Below, piece by piece: positions 20,483 through 32,810 of a DNA stretch of 64,000 nucleotides. Below the pieces are notes generated by a model. That model saw only the letters and a program-made list of their open reading frames with translations. It searched no databases and was not told the origin of the DNA. This DNA is from Pseudogymnoascus verrucosus (taxonomy: Eukaryota). Every line of letters begins with the position of its first letter. Position 1 is the first letter of the stretch. The DNA is taken from assembly GCA_001662655.1 (NCBI GenBank), contig KV460264.1, one strand, 5' to 3'. Both the position numbers and the translations under genes were made by a program.

Positions 20483-22183
20483 TCAGTCGTTCATGGCGGA
20501 AAAGTACCGCTTCGGTTTGGACCGCACTTCCTGAGCTTTGACTTCTGGCGCTCTCAAATGGTGGACGACATGAGGCCGATAGATGGCATCAACAGGTTGC
20601 ATCCAATCATCCAAGCTGAGGGGAAAGTATTCGTATAGCTGGTCGAGCTTCTCGAGAGGGCTCGCAGCCAACGGTCTTGTTGGGATAGAATCCGTCGGGG
20701 GAGAGGCAGACGTATCTGAAATTACAGTATGGACATCGTCATCTGAAACTGACAGCCCTATCGGAGCTTTCTGTGCAGGGGGAGCGCGGAACTCCTCTTT
20801 AATCTCCGTATGATGCCAGTCCGTGGGCGGAACAGGTGGCCGGCGTTTTGCTGCAACTGGGGATCCGGACGCTAGTCTTTTCGCACGAGGCTCGAGAGGA
20901 CCTGGGGAAGGCGGAGTCGGAGACATATGAGGCCATGATGACACTTGCTCCAATGGCGGTTGCTATAGTACAGTTAGCATAGGCAGATGATTGGCCAATT
21001 CCCCTGATTGACAGACCGTTCCAGATTGCGCGAGGGGCGTGCTTACAATATACGACTTCTGTGAGTAGTACTTGTTAGATGCCTGGGATAATGCCGGCTC
21101 GATCCATTGTGGGGTAGCTGCCGCTACACTCCCCGCGCTTCTCATGCGGTTCATTGGATCCGACTGTTTTCGCTCGCTGAGAGGCACATCTTTGCTGCTG
21201 TCAAAGTTCTTAGGGCTCCGCCCTCTGACGACAATTGGATTGGACTGGATCTCTGCGATCTTGATCAGCTGGCCGTCACCTTCTGTCTTGGCCATTAATG
21301 TGATCTGGATTTGGTAATGTTGTTGTAGGCCCTTCCGTCGGCCATTGTTTGCAGTAGCGTACTTGAACTGCAGTCTTCGCCATGCTATCGGGATATTGAC
21401 GTATATGGGATCGGCTTCCTGATTTGACGACAAGTCTATCGGGATGTTCGCTGGTGCTGCCCCGGCCTTATCTTCCGATGCAGAGCTATTTGCAGCCGCC
21501 GCCTTCCATGGCACTGATATAATTTCTGTTGGTTTCCCCTCGATCGACTCCGTGGCGGACAGCACCGCGACAAGGTCCTGAATTGCCACTTGTCCTCCTT
21601 GCTCCACGAGTGCCTGCGCCGTGGTCCGGGATAGAATAATGGCTCCCGATATCTGGAACAGATTCCGCCGGTAGCATGTCAGCTCCAGCGGCCTCCCACC
21701 TGTCTCTCCTTCGAACACGTCCTCTGCAATAGAGAACATGCCATTCAGTTCCGCAGCTAAGCGAGGCCATGTTTGTCCTCCGCTGTCGAGAACCTGGGTC
21801 TTGTGTATAGGCGCACCAAAGCCCAAGAGCTTGTTGTCGAGATTCGCGGGTGAAAATTCGGGCACAGCAGCTCCTGGGTCGAGAAGGTTGTCGAAGTAGC
21901 CGCCGTTGTTATATGCCAGCGAGTCGTCGAAGCCTGGCGCGAAGTCGTAGTGGTTGTTCGGAGTGAAGACGGGAAGGGACGACAAGTCCACGTTTAGGTC
22001 GTTACTGCCACGAAGGTAAGTCCGCATGCTTCGACCGAGATCATCATCAACGTACAACATAGCTTCCCCGGAGAAGTCAGAGGCCTGGCTGTATGCCTCG
22101 GAATTGTCGCCAGCTCCCTGAGGAAGACGCATGACATCCACCGAGGGCTGCGACGACATGCTCAACCCATCGTAGCCTGCCAT
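20483..22183 (-). CDS. ron1: Ndt80/PhoG-family transcription factor (RON1/XprG-like)
   Basis: LTCYRRNLFQI, RLQFKYATANNGRRKGLQQHY, IVVRGRSP, C-terminal YEYFPLSLDDW..PVDAIYRPHVVHH. Intron 20963-21046. Orthology to RON1 inferred from cluster position. Confidence 0.92.
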
Positions 22184-23121
22184 CTCACCATCGCACGGTA
22201 CTCTAGCATGCGATCGCAGTAGTTGGGTAGAAGAGTATATAATTGCGGTGGTTGAGGGATGGATATGGAGGTAGAATTGTTTGTTGATGAAGGTCTCATG
22301 GCTTTTCGGTGCTGCGGGGGATACCGAGAAGCGGTTGTGATTGTGGATTGTGGTTGGGGATGCTTGGTAGTCGAATAGTAGTCGAGTACTCGTGGAGTAC
22401 TTGGTGTGTTCCTATCCGTTTTCTCCATTTCCCCAGGTTATATTAGCATTTTAGCACCTGACTGGCCCTCGGTTGGGCGCTGGACGAGCGGTGGATTAGT
22501 AGTGGATTTGTACTCTGTTAGTACCTCATTAGCAGCTAATTAGCAGGTCATTAGTGGACAAGTTAGCGTGTGCATCCCTGTGACCCCCCTGTGATGACCC
22601 TGTGATATCCTTGTGACAAACCACCACAGCGCCCCAGTTTAGTGCTTAGTTAGCGTCTGTTTCTTATCAGGGCTGCCGACATCCTTTCCCCGACGCTCCA
22701 CCTCCCTCCACCCTCCTCCTCCTCCTCCACCCCCCCCTACCCCCCCCCTTCTAACCCTCCTCCACCTCTTTTCTCCACTCGTCAACCACAGGCCACGATA
22801 CCACGGAACCACCGACTCTCTGTGGAACAGAACAAAACAAATTTAGGTACCTCCAACCGACCCCCCCCATCTTGAGCCTCAATCGGGTCAAAAACACCGC
22901 CATTTGTCCGCTATACTACCTATACAACATATATTTACGGCCTCACGATGATTTATTGTACCTTCTAGTTTCTTATATAACCTCTGATCTCGTGTGCCGG
23001 AGCCCGTGAGCCTATGTTCCCGCCTCGGTGCTCTCTCATGCCTGGCGGCGACAGCTTAGACCCCACCTGACTTCTTCAATATACGACTTTAATCTCGATA
23101 ATCAATTGATACCACGCAACC

Positions 23122-26066
23122 ATGGCCGCGTTCCAGGAGGACTTGGACCCAATATGGGACGACATGGACCGGTGAGTTGTTCTATTGAGACTATTCATGG
23201 TGTATGCGGAACTGACGACCACCACAGGGCTATGGGCCAGCTGTTCATGATGGGATGGGAAGGTGAGGAAGTCACGCCCCAGATCCGTTCCCTCATCGCA
23301 GATTATGGCCTCGGATCTATCATCCTGACAGCAAAAAACCTCAAATGTAGGCTGAATCTCTTCTTCTTTTCCAAATACTTGAGTTTTTCTTCATTGTCAC
23401 ACATCTAACGACTTCTCAGCTGCCGCGGACACGGCGAGACTCACCCAGGAGCTCCAGATAATTGCCCGAGACGCCGGCCACCCCGTTCCACTGATTATTG
23501 CTCTTGACCAGGAGAACGGAGGTGTCAATAGCTTGTACGACGAAGAGTACATATGCCAGTACCCGAGCGCTATGGGTGTCGCAGCTGCGGGATCGCCAGA
23601 CTTGGCATACGAGGTAGCAAATGCCACTGCCCTGGAAGTGTCATCAGTGGGAGTCAACATGATCCTTGGTCCTGTTCTAGATGTTCTAAATAATGCTCAA
23701 ATACAGCCGCTTGGCGTGAGAGCTGCAGGTGATGACCCTCATGAAGCTTCTCAATATGGTATCGCGTCCATGAACGGATACAAAGATGCGGGTTTGACGA
23801 CCTGTGGGAAGCATTTCCCTTCATACGGAAACCTCACGTTTCTCGGATCTACGTTGGATATGCCAATCATTACAGAAACCCTGGAACAGCTTAGCCTAGG
23901 TGCTTTGGTGCCGTTCCGCAACGCAATCAATGCAGGACTCGATTCAATTATGGTCGGCGGCTGTGCTATCAATAATAAAGACATGAATATCATGCATGCC
24001 TGTCTCTCAAAAGAGGTTGTAGACGACCTACTACGGCGAGATTTGGGATTTAACGGAGTTGTCGTGTCCGAGTGCTTGGAAATGGAGGCGCTGAATGTTG
24101 ATATCGGCTTCCGAGGAGGCTGCGTTATGGCGATAGAAGCTGGCTGCGATCTTGTCCTGCTCTGCCGCTCGTTTTCAGTCCAAAAAGAAGCATTGTCGGG
24201 ACTGAAAATCGGACTCGAAAATGGTATGGTCTCAGTTGACCGAGTGCGAACATCACTACGTCGGGTCTTGAAGCTCAAGGCGAACTGCACATCTTGGGAA
24301 AAGGCCCTTAACCCACCGGGTCTGAAGCTTCTATCTAAATTTCACGAGTCTCATCTTGCTCTGTCGACGAGAGCGTATGACAACTCGATAACAGTCATGC
24401 GCGACAACAACCAACTCCTGCCACTCTCTCATACCATGTCTGAGAGCGAAGATCTCCTTCTCCTTACCCCGCTTCTGAAGCCCTTACCAGCGTCTGCTGC
24501 GACAAAGTTCCTCGCTGAGGGAAAAGCTACAGCCATCGACCACGATCGCTGGATGGACCGCGGATCTATCATGTCTGGCGAGGGTGTTTTCAGAGAGCTT
24601 GGCAGACAGCTGGCGCGCCAACGGCGCGGAAAGCTCCTCCATACCTCATACACCGCCAACGGAGTTAGACCTACACACGAACATCTTATAGAGCGCGCAT
24701 CCTCGATTATTATCGTTACTGCGGATGCAACTCGAAACTTATATCAGTCAGGTTTTACGAAGCATGTCTCGATGATGTGCTCGTTACCAACCCCGACAGG
24801 GAAGAAGAAATCCCTCATCGTTGTATCGGTCTCCTCTCCGTACGATTTCGCCCGAGATAAGAGTATTGGGACGTATATTTGCACTTATGACTTTACTGAA
24901 ACTGCCATGGAAGCCCTGGTTCGCGTCTTATTTGGACAGCTGAGGCCCCAAGGAAGTCTCCCTGGATCGTTACGGAAAGTTGCAAAGGCCCAAAAATCCC
25001 GGCAAGCGTGGCTGGTGGAGTCCTATTCCGAGAAAGACGTCAACTCTCTCAACACCTTGATACAGACCGTATCCAAAGCCTCAGTCCCGGGCTCCCCGTC
25101 ACCCCTCTGGGGCGCCACCGCCCTATCCTTCTCTCTCGGAGACCCCGCCATAGCAGAAGCTCACTTCGTCGTCCGAAACTCCAGCACCGGTGCACTCTAC
25201 GGTTTCTGCGCCACCTACGCCACCGCCACCATCGGCCACATTGGCGCCCTCTTCGTCGATCCGAGCAAGCGCAACCTCTCCATCGGACACTCCCTGTACC
25301 AACGAGCGCTCCGATCCCTAACCACCCGTCCCGGTCTCCAGAGTATCAAGGTCGGCACGCGCATCCCCGCCATCTACCCCGGCGTGCCAAGCACGGAGGG
25401 TTCGGTTCCCCGGCTGCGGAGGTGGCTGGGCGCGTCGCTCCCGCCCGCAGTGACGGTGTCCTCCCACCAGTTCGCGAGCTGTATCATCCAGGACCTGCAT
25501 CACTGGTCGCCGCCGGAGCAGGTCGTCAAAGCGGTGCAGCGCTTACACGTCGATTTCGATTTAATCCACGGCCTCGGCGCGTTTGATGACGAGGTCGCGG
25601 CGCATATTTCTACGTATGGCAGCTGGGAGCAGTATAAATTGTATACGCTTGCTTTAGCGGATGCGGACGCGTGCGGGGTGGTCAGGGCGAAGAGCAGGGC
25701 TGATGGACGGCTTGTTGGGACGGTTGTGCTATGTCGTTCGAGCACGCTGTTGTCGCAATGGCATCCGCATCTAGTTGGTGGGAGGGCGGGAGGCGTTCTA
25801 TCGCCCATTGTGAGGGCGGGATGTGAGGAGGATGGGGTGCTGTTGCAGGGGCTACTGTTGTTGGGGGTGAGGCAGAATAAGGCGCATAGGGCTTGGACGT
25901 CGTATTTGGATCTGGTGAGTTTGAGTCCCCGTCCGGATTTGTGGAGAGTGAGAGCTAACGTTGAAAATAGGTGCCTACTCAATTACTTGAGACGATTGCG
26001 CCCTTGGGGTTCAAGGTGCTGAATTCGTTTACGGATCTTGGCTGTGAATTACCTCAGAGAGGATGA
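23122..26066 (+). CDS. ngs1: GH3 beta-N-acetylglucosaminidase-like domain fused to GNAT acetyltransferase domain(s); NGS1/NAG3-type GlcNAc sensor
   Basis: GQLFMMG, IALDQENGGV, GPVLDV, KHFPSYG, VSECLEM, SSPYD; GNAT motif A LFVDPSKRNLSIGHSL. Introns 23172-23227, 23347-23419 and 25915-25970. Confidence 0.9.
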
Positions 26067-28287
26067 TATATGTATTTGGGCTGGAAATATGATCAAAATT
26101 AAACAAAATTTAAGAATATCTACAAATCTCTCCCAGCCTATCTTCGTAAATTGGCTTGTGTGAGTTTCCATCTGTAGTTTCGCTCCCTCGGAATATAAAA
26201 CACAGTTGAAAGCCAGCCATCGACAGCAAATACAAGAAACAGAAAGGTAATCGCGAGCGTTGCCTTCCAGCGCGTAGAGGAAGAAGATATCATATGTATG
26301 ATCTTGCCTACGAACCTCTTAGAATCACTCACAGCCGTGCCATTCCTCCATCATCACAGTATCACCACCACTGTCGGTGATTCCTGTCGCCGACCCCGCC
26401 AACCCCGCCAACCACCACCGATACTACCACCGTCACCGTTGATTCCTGATGCTATTATTATGCTACTCATTTTTCATCTAGCTCATCCCTCTTCCGCTCG
26501 TCAAATAGTAGATCAGTTTCTCTCCGCAAGCGCTGCTCAGTCCGTACCGGCACACCAACCCTCACTGTTACCCTCGGTTCTGTATTATCGTACACTGAGT
26601 GAACTAGGTCTTATAGGCCGCTTTCATATCAAAATTTCGTACCAGCAAATCACCCTTGCCGCAAAAATATCCCTTATATCCCCTCCTATCCCTTTATCTT
26701 TCCCCTTTTTTCATCCACCCCTCATATACCCCACCTCTGAATCCATAATACTTCAAGCGACGGTGAAATAAGCCCATTACGGATTCCGACCATCGTCTAC
26801 GCATATTTAAGAGAGCCATAGCAGTCAGCCAAGCAAGTCCTACCCTTAAGGAAAATGGTGTAACATATGGGACATATGGAGGAGAATGTAGGAACCATGA
26901 TATGCGAGTTCAAAATAATACATCCTACATCCTACCGTCATACCAGTGAAAGTTGCAGCATCACTGACGGCTGTAGCTTCCCGACTAATCCTGTCGTTGC
27001 TGATTCCTGTCGTCACTCTCCTCGCTACCGGTATCACCACCGTCACCACTTTCCTGTCACCGTTCTAACTAACATCCACTTCTCGCAGGATCCACCCCGT
27101 TTCCACCCAAAACTATCATGCAGCCAACATTATATCCAGCTCACACACCGCTCAGCATGTAATGATAATGACCCAACACCCACCCCACGTACGTACGCGG
27201 CCACGAAACTTTTCGCTCCTGTGCATAGCATGAAAAGTGAAGACTCTTGGGTGCTTATATACTATAATTCTGAAATAGTGCCTGGTCCCCTTCCCTGGCG
27301 CCCGGCAAAGACCACTCTGTTTTCTCTCTGTGACCAACTCCACTTCATCACTTCCTGACCCGTTCCTCCATCCGACGCCTTCCCCCGTATGACCTCTCAC
27401 ATCTAATTATAAGATAACCCTCTTGATCCTCTATCACCTTCGCGGCTCTACGTTAGATGGGAAGGCCAGGAATAACAGGCGGGCGTTGCCGACGTGGGGA
27501 CTATCTAGATACAACAGGTCTAGAGAAGGTTAGATTCGAGTTGCTTGGGACGATACGAATGTTTGAATAAAGCAGGGCGACGGAGGCCCCGAGTGTGTGG
27601 TCTCATCTGACGATGAGGATGAAGGTGGTGGAATGCCCCATCCGTGAAGTTGTCTTTGTTTGTTACCAGCTACCACCTAGCCACCGATATTAGATGTCGT
27701 CGCCGACACTCTCCTGTCACCGTTCCAACACACCCACTTCTCGCAATCCACCCTTTCCCATCCTCAAAATATTGAACGCCGATACAGCGGTTCCTCTGCG
27801 ACACGAACGGGGCTATGCGTAATGGTTTTTGAAGCGGCTTCTCACTCTCTTTTAAACAATTTCTGAACACAGTCTTCCTCTTGTTGTATGGAGACCTGGA
27901 AGCAAGAGCTTCGCACGGTTATATAGCATTTCAAAACCCACCAACCAACCCAATAAAACCAAAGGCCAATATTCGTTATTTTTGTTATATTTCTCTTTTT
28001 AAATCCAAATATCTATATATATTGTCTTAATGAACCATACCACCACCATATAACCCCCCAAAATCTAAAATAAAATTATCCAACTGTCTCAGTCTCCGCT
28101 TCCCAACCAGGAAGTCTTTCTTTTAATATGGCCATATATGTTATGAACCCCATCCTATCCCATCCCACCATTTTAAATATATCCTCTTACTTACTGTACC
28201 GCCTTTGTCTCCTCCGGTCGGTCCCGTACCATGTTGTACTGTATTACTTTGTATAATAGGCGCCTCTCGCCTCAAATCTCAGTCCAC

Positions 28288-31200
28288 TTACCGTCTATTA
28301 AAATTCAGATATCTCGACTATAATCATCACACATTAGCATCCTCCTCCATAGACAGTTTAGACAGGGAAACAGGGAAAAAACTCACAGCAACCAGCAAAA
28401 TCGCAATATTACTAACGATAAACGCCGCAAAAATGCCCAAATCCCTCCAGCGATTCGACCAATGCATCTCCATCCCCTGCAGGAACTGCTCCCCATTCTT
28501 AAACGCGCAGAACTCGCAGTTGCTCCCCGACTCGTCGACGAGGTAACCCATGCCGCCCGCCTTGAAGAAATCAGCCATGTACTCGCCGCACGTCTGCCCA
28601 ATGGGGGCGACGAAGCGGTTTAGTTCCCGAGCGGCGCAGACGACCTCGCGGCCAGTGAGCTCGGTGGCGGCCATGCCGCCGATGAGGCGGGTGAAGGGGT
28701 CGAGTTCGTAGAGCCAGGCGCGCCAGAAAGCGGGCATGGCAGGAGGAGGGAGAGTGACACCGCAGAAGAGGGCGAAGGTGATGATGACGAAGGGGTTGAG
28801 GAGGACGGCGATGTAGGGGGATGGGGTGAGAGCTGCGATCATCTGACCGAGGGTAACGGAAAAGAGCTCCGTGATGAGGGTGATGAGGAATTGATATCCC
28901 GCGCGCGTAGGTTCCGATGAGAAGCCCGGCATATAGTAAAGCGGGAGGAAGAAGGCGACTGCGCAGAGGATGGAGTAAGGCATCTCGGCCACGATGAGAG
29001 AGGTGGCAAAGGCGAACTGCGAGTACATCTTCGAGCTAGACTCGCGGTAGAAGATGGTGCGCGAGATGGCATACTTGGGCTCGACCTGCGAGAGCACGAT
29101 GGCGGGAAGCACGGTGACCTGGAACATGACGAAGACACGATACTGGAGCGACGCGCGCGACGAGTTGAGGTTGAGGTAGGTCAGCCCCGTCACAAGGCCA
29201 ATGACGACGTGGTTGAAAAGGCGCGTGAAGCCGTAGTTCGGCGACCGCCAAAACGAGAGGTTCGTACGGGCCTGGACGATCCGCAGCTGGTGCATCAGAG
29301 GCGTCGCGAACTCGCGCGAATCGGTGGTTTCGGTCGAAGCGCCAACCTCAGCCATCCGCGTCGCTTTCATGCTTGTAATCTGTGCCTTGACGGTGGCGAG
29401 TTCAGGGCTCTCGGCCCAGATGTCAGCCCAGTCATGATCGCCGACACGCGCGGCCTGGCCAGCGCCGATGGCGTCGAGCATGGTCTCTGCGGGATTGGCG
29501 TCGGCAGGGAAATCGGCGCCATGACGGTGGAAGTAATCAAGAAGAGTCGTGGCCTCCGAGCCAATGTCGCCGAAATAGACGCAACGTCCACCACGTTGAA
29601 GCAGAAGAAGACGATCAAAGTTTTCGAAGAGAGCAGCGTTTGGCTGATGGATGGTACAGAGGATAGCCTGGCCCGCAGCCGCGAGCTTCTTCAGGAAACG
29701 CACAATATTGAAAGCAGATTGAGAATCGAGGCCAGATGTCGGCTCGTCGAGGAAGAGTAGCAGTTCTGGCTTGGCAGCAAGTTCAACACCAATTGTAACG
29801 CGCTTGCGCTGCTCAACAGCGAGCCCGCTCTCGGGGTGTCCAATAATAGCATCGGCCATATCCTCCATCTCAAGCAGAGACAGGATCTCCTCGACATAAG
29901 CATACTTCTCGGACCGCGGGACATCGATAGGCTGGCGGAGATCAGCCGAGAAGCGCAGGGCCTCACGAACAGTCTGTGTCGGCTCATGCACATCCAATTG
30001 CTCCGCATAAGAAGTACCGCGCTGGAATGCAGTGCCAGGTTTCAGACCATCGACCAGGACGTCACCGGAGATGACACCAATGTTCTTGCGCGAAGCGAGC
30101 ACATCGAGAAGCGTCGTCTTGCCTGCACCCGATGCACCCATCAGAGCAGTCAACTCTCCAGGCTTGACGTAACCGTAAATGTTGTTCAGGAGGCGCAGTT
30201 GTCCAGAAGGAGTCGGCACGTCATAGTTAAGCCCCTCCCAGGTCAGGACGGCCTTGGATTCGATCTTGAGGTCCGAACTCGCTGCCTCGCCCTTGCCAGT
30301 GCGTCGCGCCTCGCGGGTGGCGATGAGACTCGCGTTCAGCTCGTCGGTCTCTTTCGTTGGGTGTGCGAAGGTCTTTGCCGCGTTTCCGCCAGCGCCGAAG
30401 TTCAGCAACTCGCCCGTGAGGATGTTAACAGTTAAGAAGAAGGCGCTCAGAACAACGAGTATGCCGAAGTTTCTCCAAAGGTCGCTCGGGTTATATGCAA
30501 ACGATGTTTGAATGTAGTCCTTGCCAGAGACGATAGGGTTCCCCGGGATACTGCCAGCGAGCGTGCAGACTTGGTGGCTGATATTTCCATAACCCGGTCC
30601 GTTGGGGATCAAGGACTGGCCTGTGCAGGTCAAGTCTATGCGACTAAATTCGTTGGCCATGAGAGATGAGAAGCCGAGACCGAACGGGTTAATCCAGAAA
30701 ATCCAACGCAGCCAGACCTTCTGGGACTCGTACTGAATCAAATACCCAGTGGTAAGGACGAAGAACGTGATCGTGATGACGGCGAATTTGATAGCATAAT
30801 CGAAATCAGGGCAGCTATCCACAAAGTCAGCAAAGCAGAAAAACACGGATCTAAATCGAAGTCTACATACCAGCATCCAATGACTCTGAAAAACAACGTC
30901 ATCGTCAAGTACCCTAGCACAATAACAATATAAAACGTGAAGAATGCGCCAGCATCCCGCGCCAAGTTACACAGGAAGTAAACTATCAGCGAGAACAAGA
31001 AGATCTGCATTGCCGCAAACGACAAATCGACCGCGATCTGGGCTACCCATAGAGCACTGGGCCGATGAAATGTATACGCTCGATGTTTATTGACAATCGG
31101 CCTGCCGAGCATAGTGCTCGCCAGTTCGCCGAAAGCTTGAAAGCAATTGAATAAGAAACTAATAAACAGCACTCCTCCCCTCGTGAAGGCGCCGGCGCTT

Positions 31201-32810
31201 GTCTGCGGGATGTTGAGCCAGGTGGTACCGACGACGATGGCGATGATAATGGAGGTGCCCCAGGACACACACAGTTGGAACTTGTCTTGCCACTTGATGA
31301 GGAACTGGCGGCGCATGAGAGCCCAGACCTGCATGTAGAAGGGGACGGAGTAGACGGAGTGAGCAGTGCCGCGACCGCGCTTGCTCTCGGTGACAGCGAC
31401 GCGGAAGTCCTCGTGGCTCTGACGGTTAGGCTCGAGGGAGGCCTTGTAGGCGTCCATGGAGGTGGTGAGGGACTCTGAGAAGCTGGAATCGGTGAAGGCT
31501 TGAGCGAGAGTTTCTGGTGTGTGTGGCTCGCAACCATCGACGTATTCGCGCTCGAACTCGTCGGTGCAGCCAGTGAGGAAATCGGGGGTCGTCTGACGCG
31601 GCTTCTCCTTGAAGCCGAGCGACTCGAAGTATCCACGCGCCTGGTCCGCCGGGCCGAAGAACGCCTGTCTACCGCTGTCGATAACAAGGACCTTGTCAAA
31701 CTGCTTGTAGATGTTCTCACTGGCCTGGTAGAGCGAAACGAAAGTAGTAGCCTGGTAAATGTTGGTCATGATGCGCAGAGACTTAGCATAGTCTAGGGCA
31801 GTTGACGCATCGAGTCCGCGCGTCGAGTTATCCCACGCGCAAACCGTCGCACCCGTCACCATCATCTCAGCGATGGAGACACGCTTGCGCTCTCCGCCCG
31901 AGATACCACGGACGAAGGCCGATCCGACAACCGTGTTTGCCGTGTGCTCGATGTTAAACATCTTCAGCAGCGTCTGGATGACGCGCTCCTTGAAGTGCCC
32001 CTTGGACATCCCTTCAGGTCGCTTGCCGGGGATCTTCGTGTCCAGCGCGAAGGCCAGCGTCTGGGCCACGGTCAGGGTGGGGTGGTGCACATCGTCCTCC
32101 TGGTTGTACACGGCCTCTCCACGGTACTGTTTCGCAAACGTCTGCGCATCAAAGGATCCGTAAAACACATCCCCTTCGACGCCCGTATATCCAAAGCGCT
32201 GATTCGCAATAACCTTCAAGAAAGTGGTACATCCGCTGCCCGGTCTCCCAAGCACGAGCACCATCTCTCCCGGCTTCACCAGCCCCCTAAACCCCTTCAG
32301 GATATCGACCTCACGCCCCTTCTTCCCGAGACCAAGAATCTGCTTCCCCGTAGCCCAGACATTAAAGAAGTCCGTAAACGCATCCGGGAACGTCTTGACG
32401 AAATTCGCAACCCCACCATGGCCCCTCACGGTCAGACCATCCCAGAGCACTCCAATCTTCTTGGCGCGGATCCCCGCAACCTCGTCTGCCTCTCTGTTTC
32501 CCCTGAGCGTGCCCTCGAGATCGAAGGGCTCGCTAACCGTGCTCGCCGAGCTGACCTTCTCGACGTCCTTTTCGCCCTTGGCGCCAGCCTCGGATTTGCG
32601 CGTGGCCACGCGGGAGATGTTCGTCAGCTCCTTCTGGAGGGAGGCGAACTCGGCTTCAGCGCCGGCGACGGACACGCCGCTGGTGGGCTGGACGAAGCCA
32701 TTCGGGTTGCTGCTGCGGGCGGCCTCGCGCTGCTTCTCTGGGTCGGTTGCCGTTTCGAAGGAGGAGCGGGAGGGCGCAGAGGAGACGGGGAGTATGGCGG
32801 TGTCTGCCAT
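28288..32810 (-). CDS. Full-size PDR/ABCG multidrug ABC transporter (NBD-TMD-NBD-TMD)
   Basis: NBD1 GRPGSGCTT, ISGGERKRVSIAE, CAWDNSTRGLD. NBD2 GASGAGKTT, LAVEQRKR, LLFLDEPTSGLD. Introns 30815-30870 and 28318-28386. Confidence 0.96.

Noticed and set aside
30738..30876. Apparent split or frameshift of the ABC transporter into two ORFs
   Set aside because: Explained by a canonical intron at 30815-30870.
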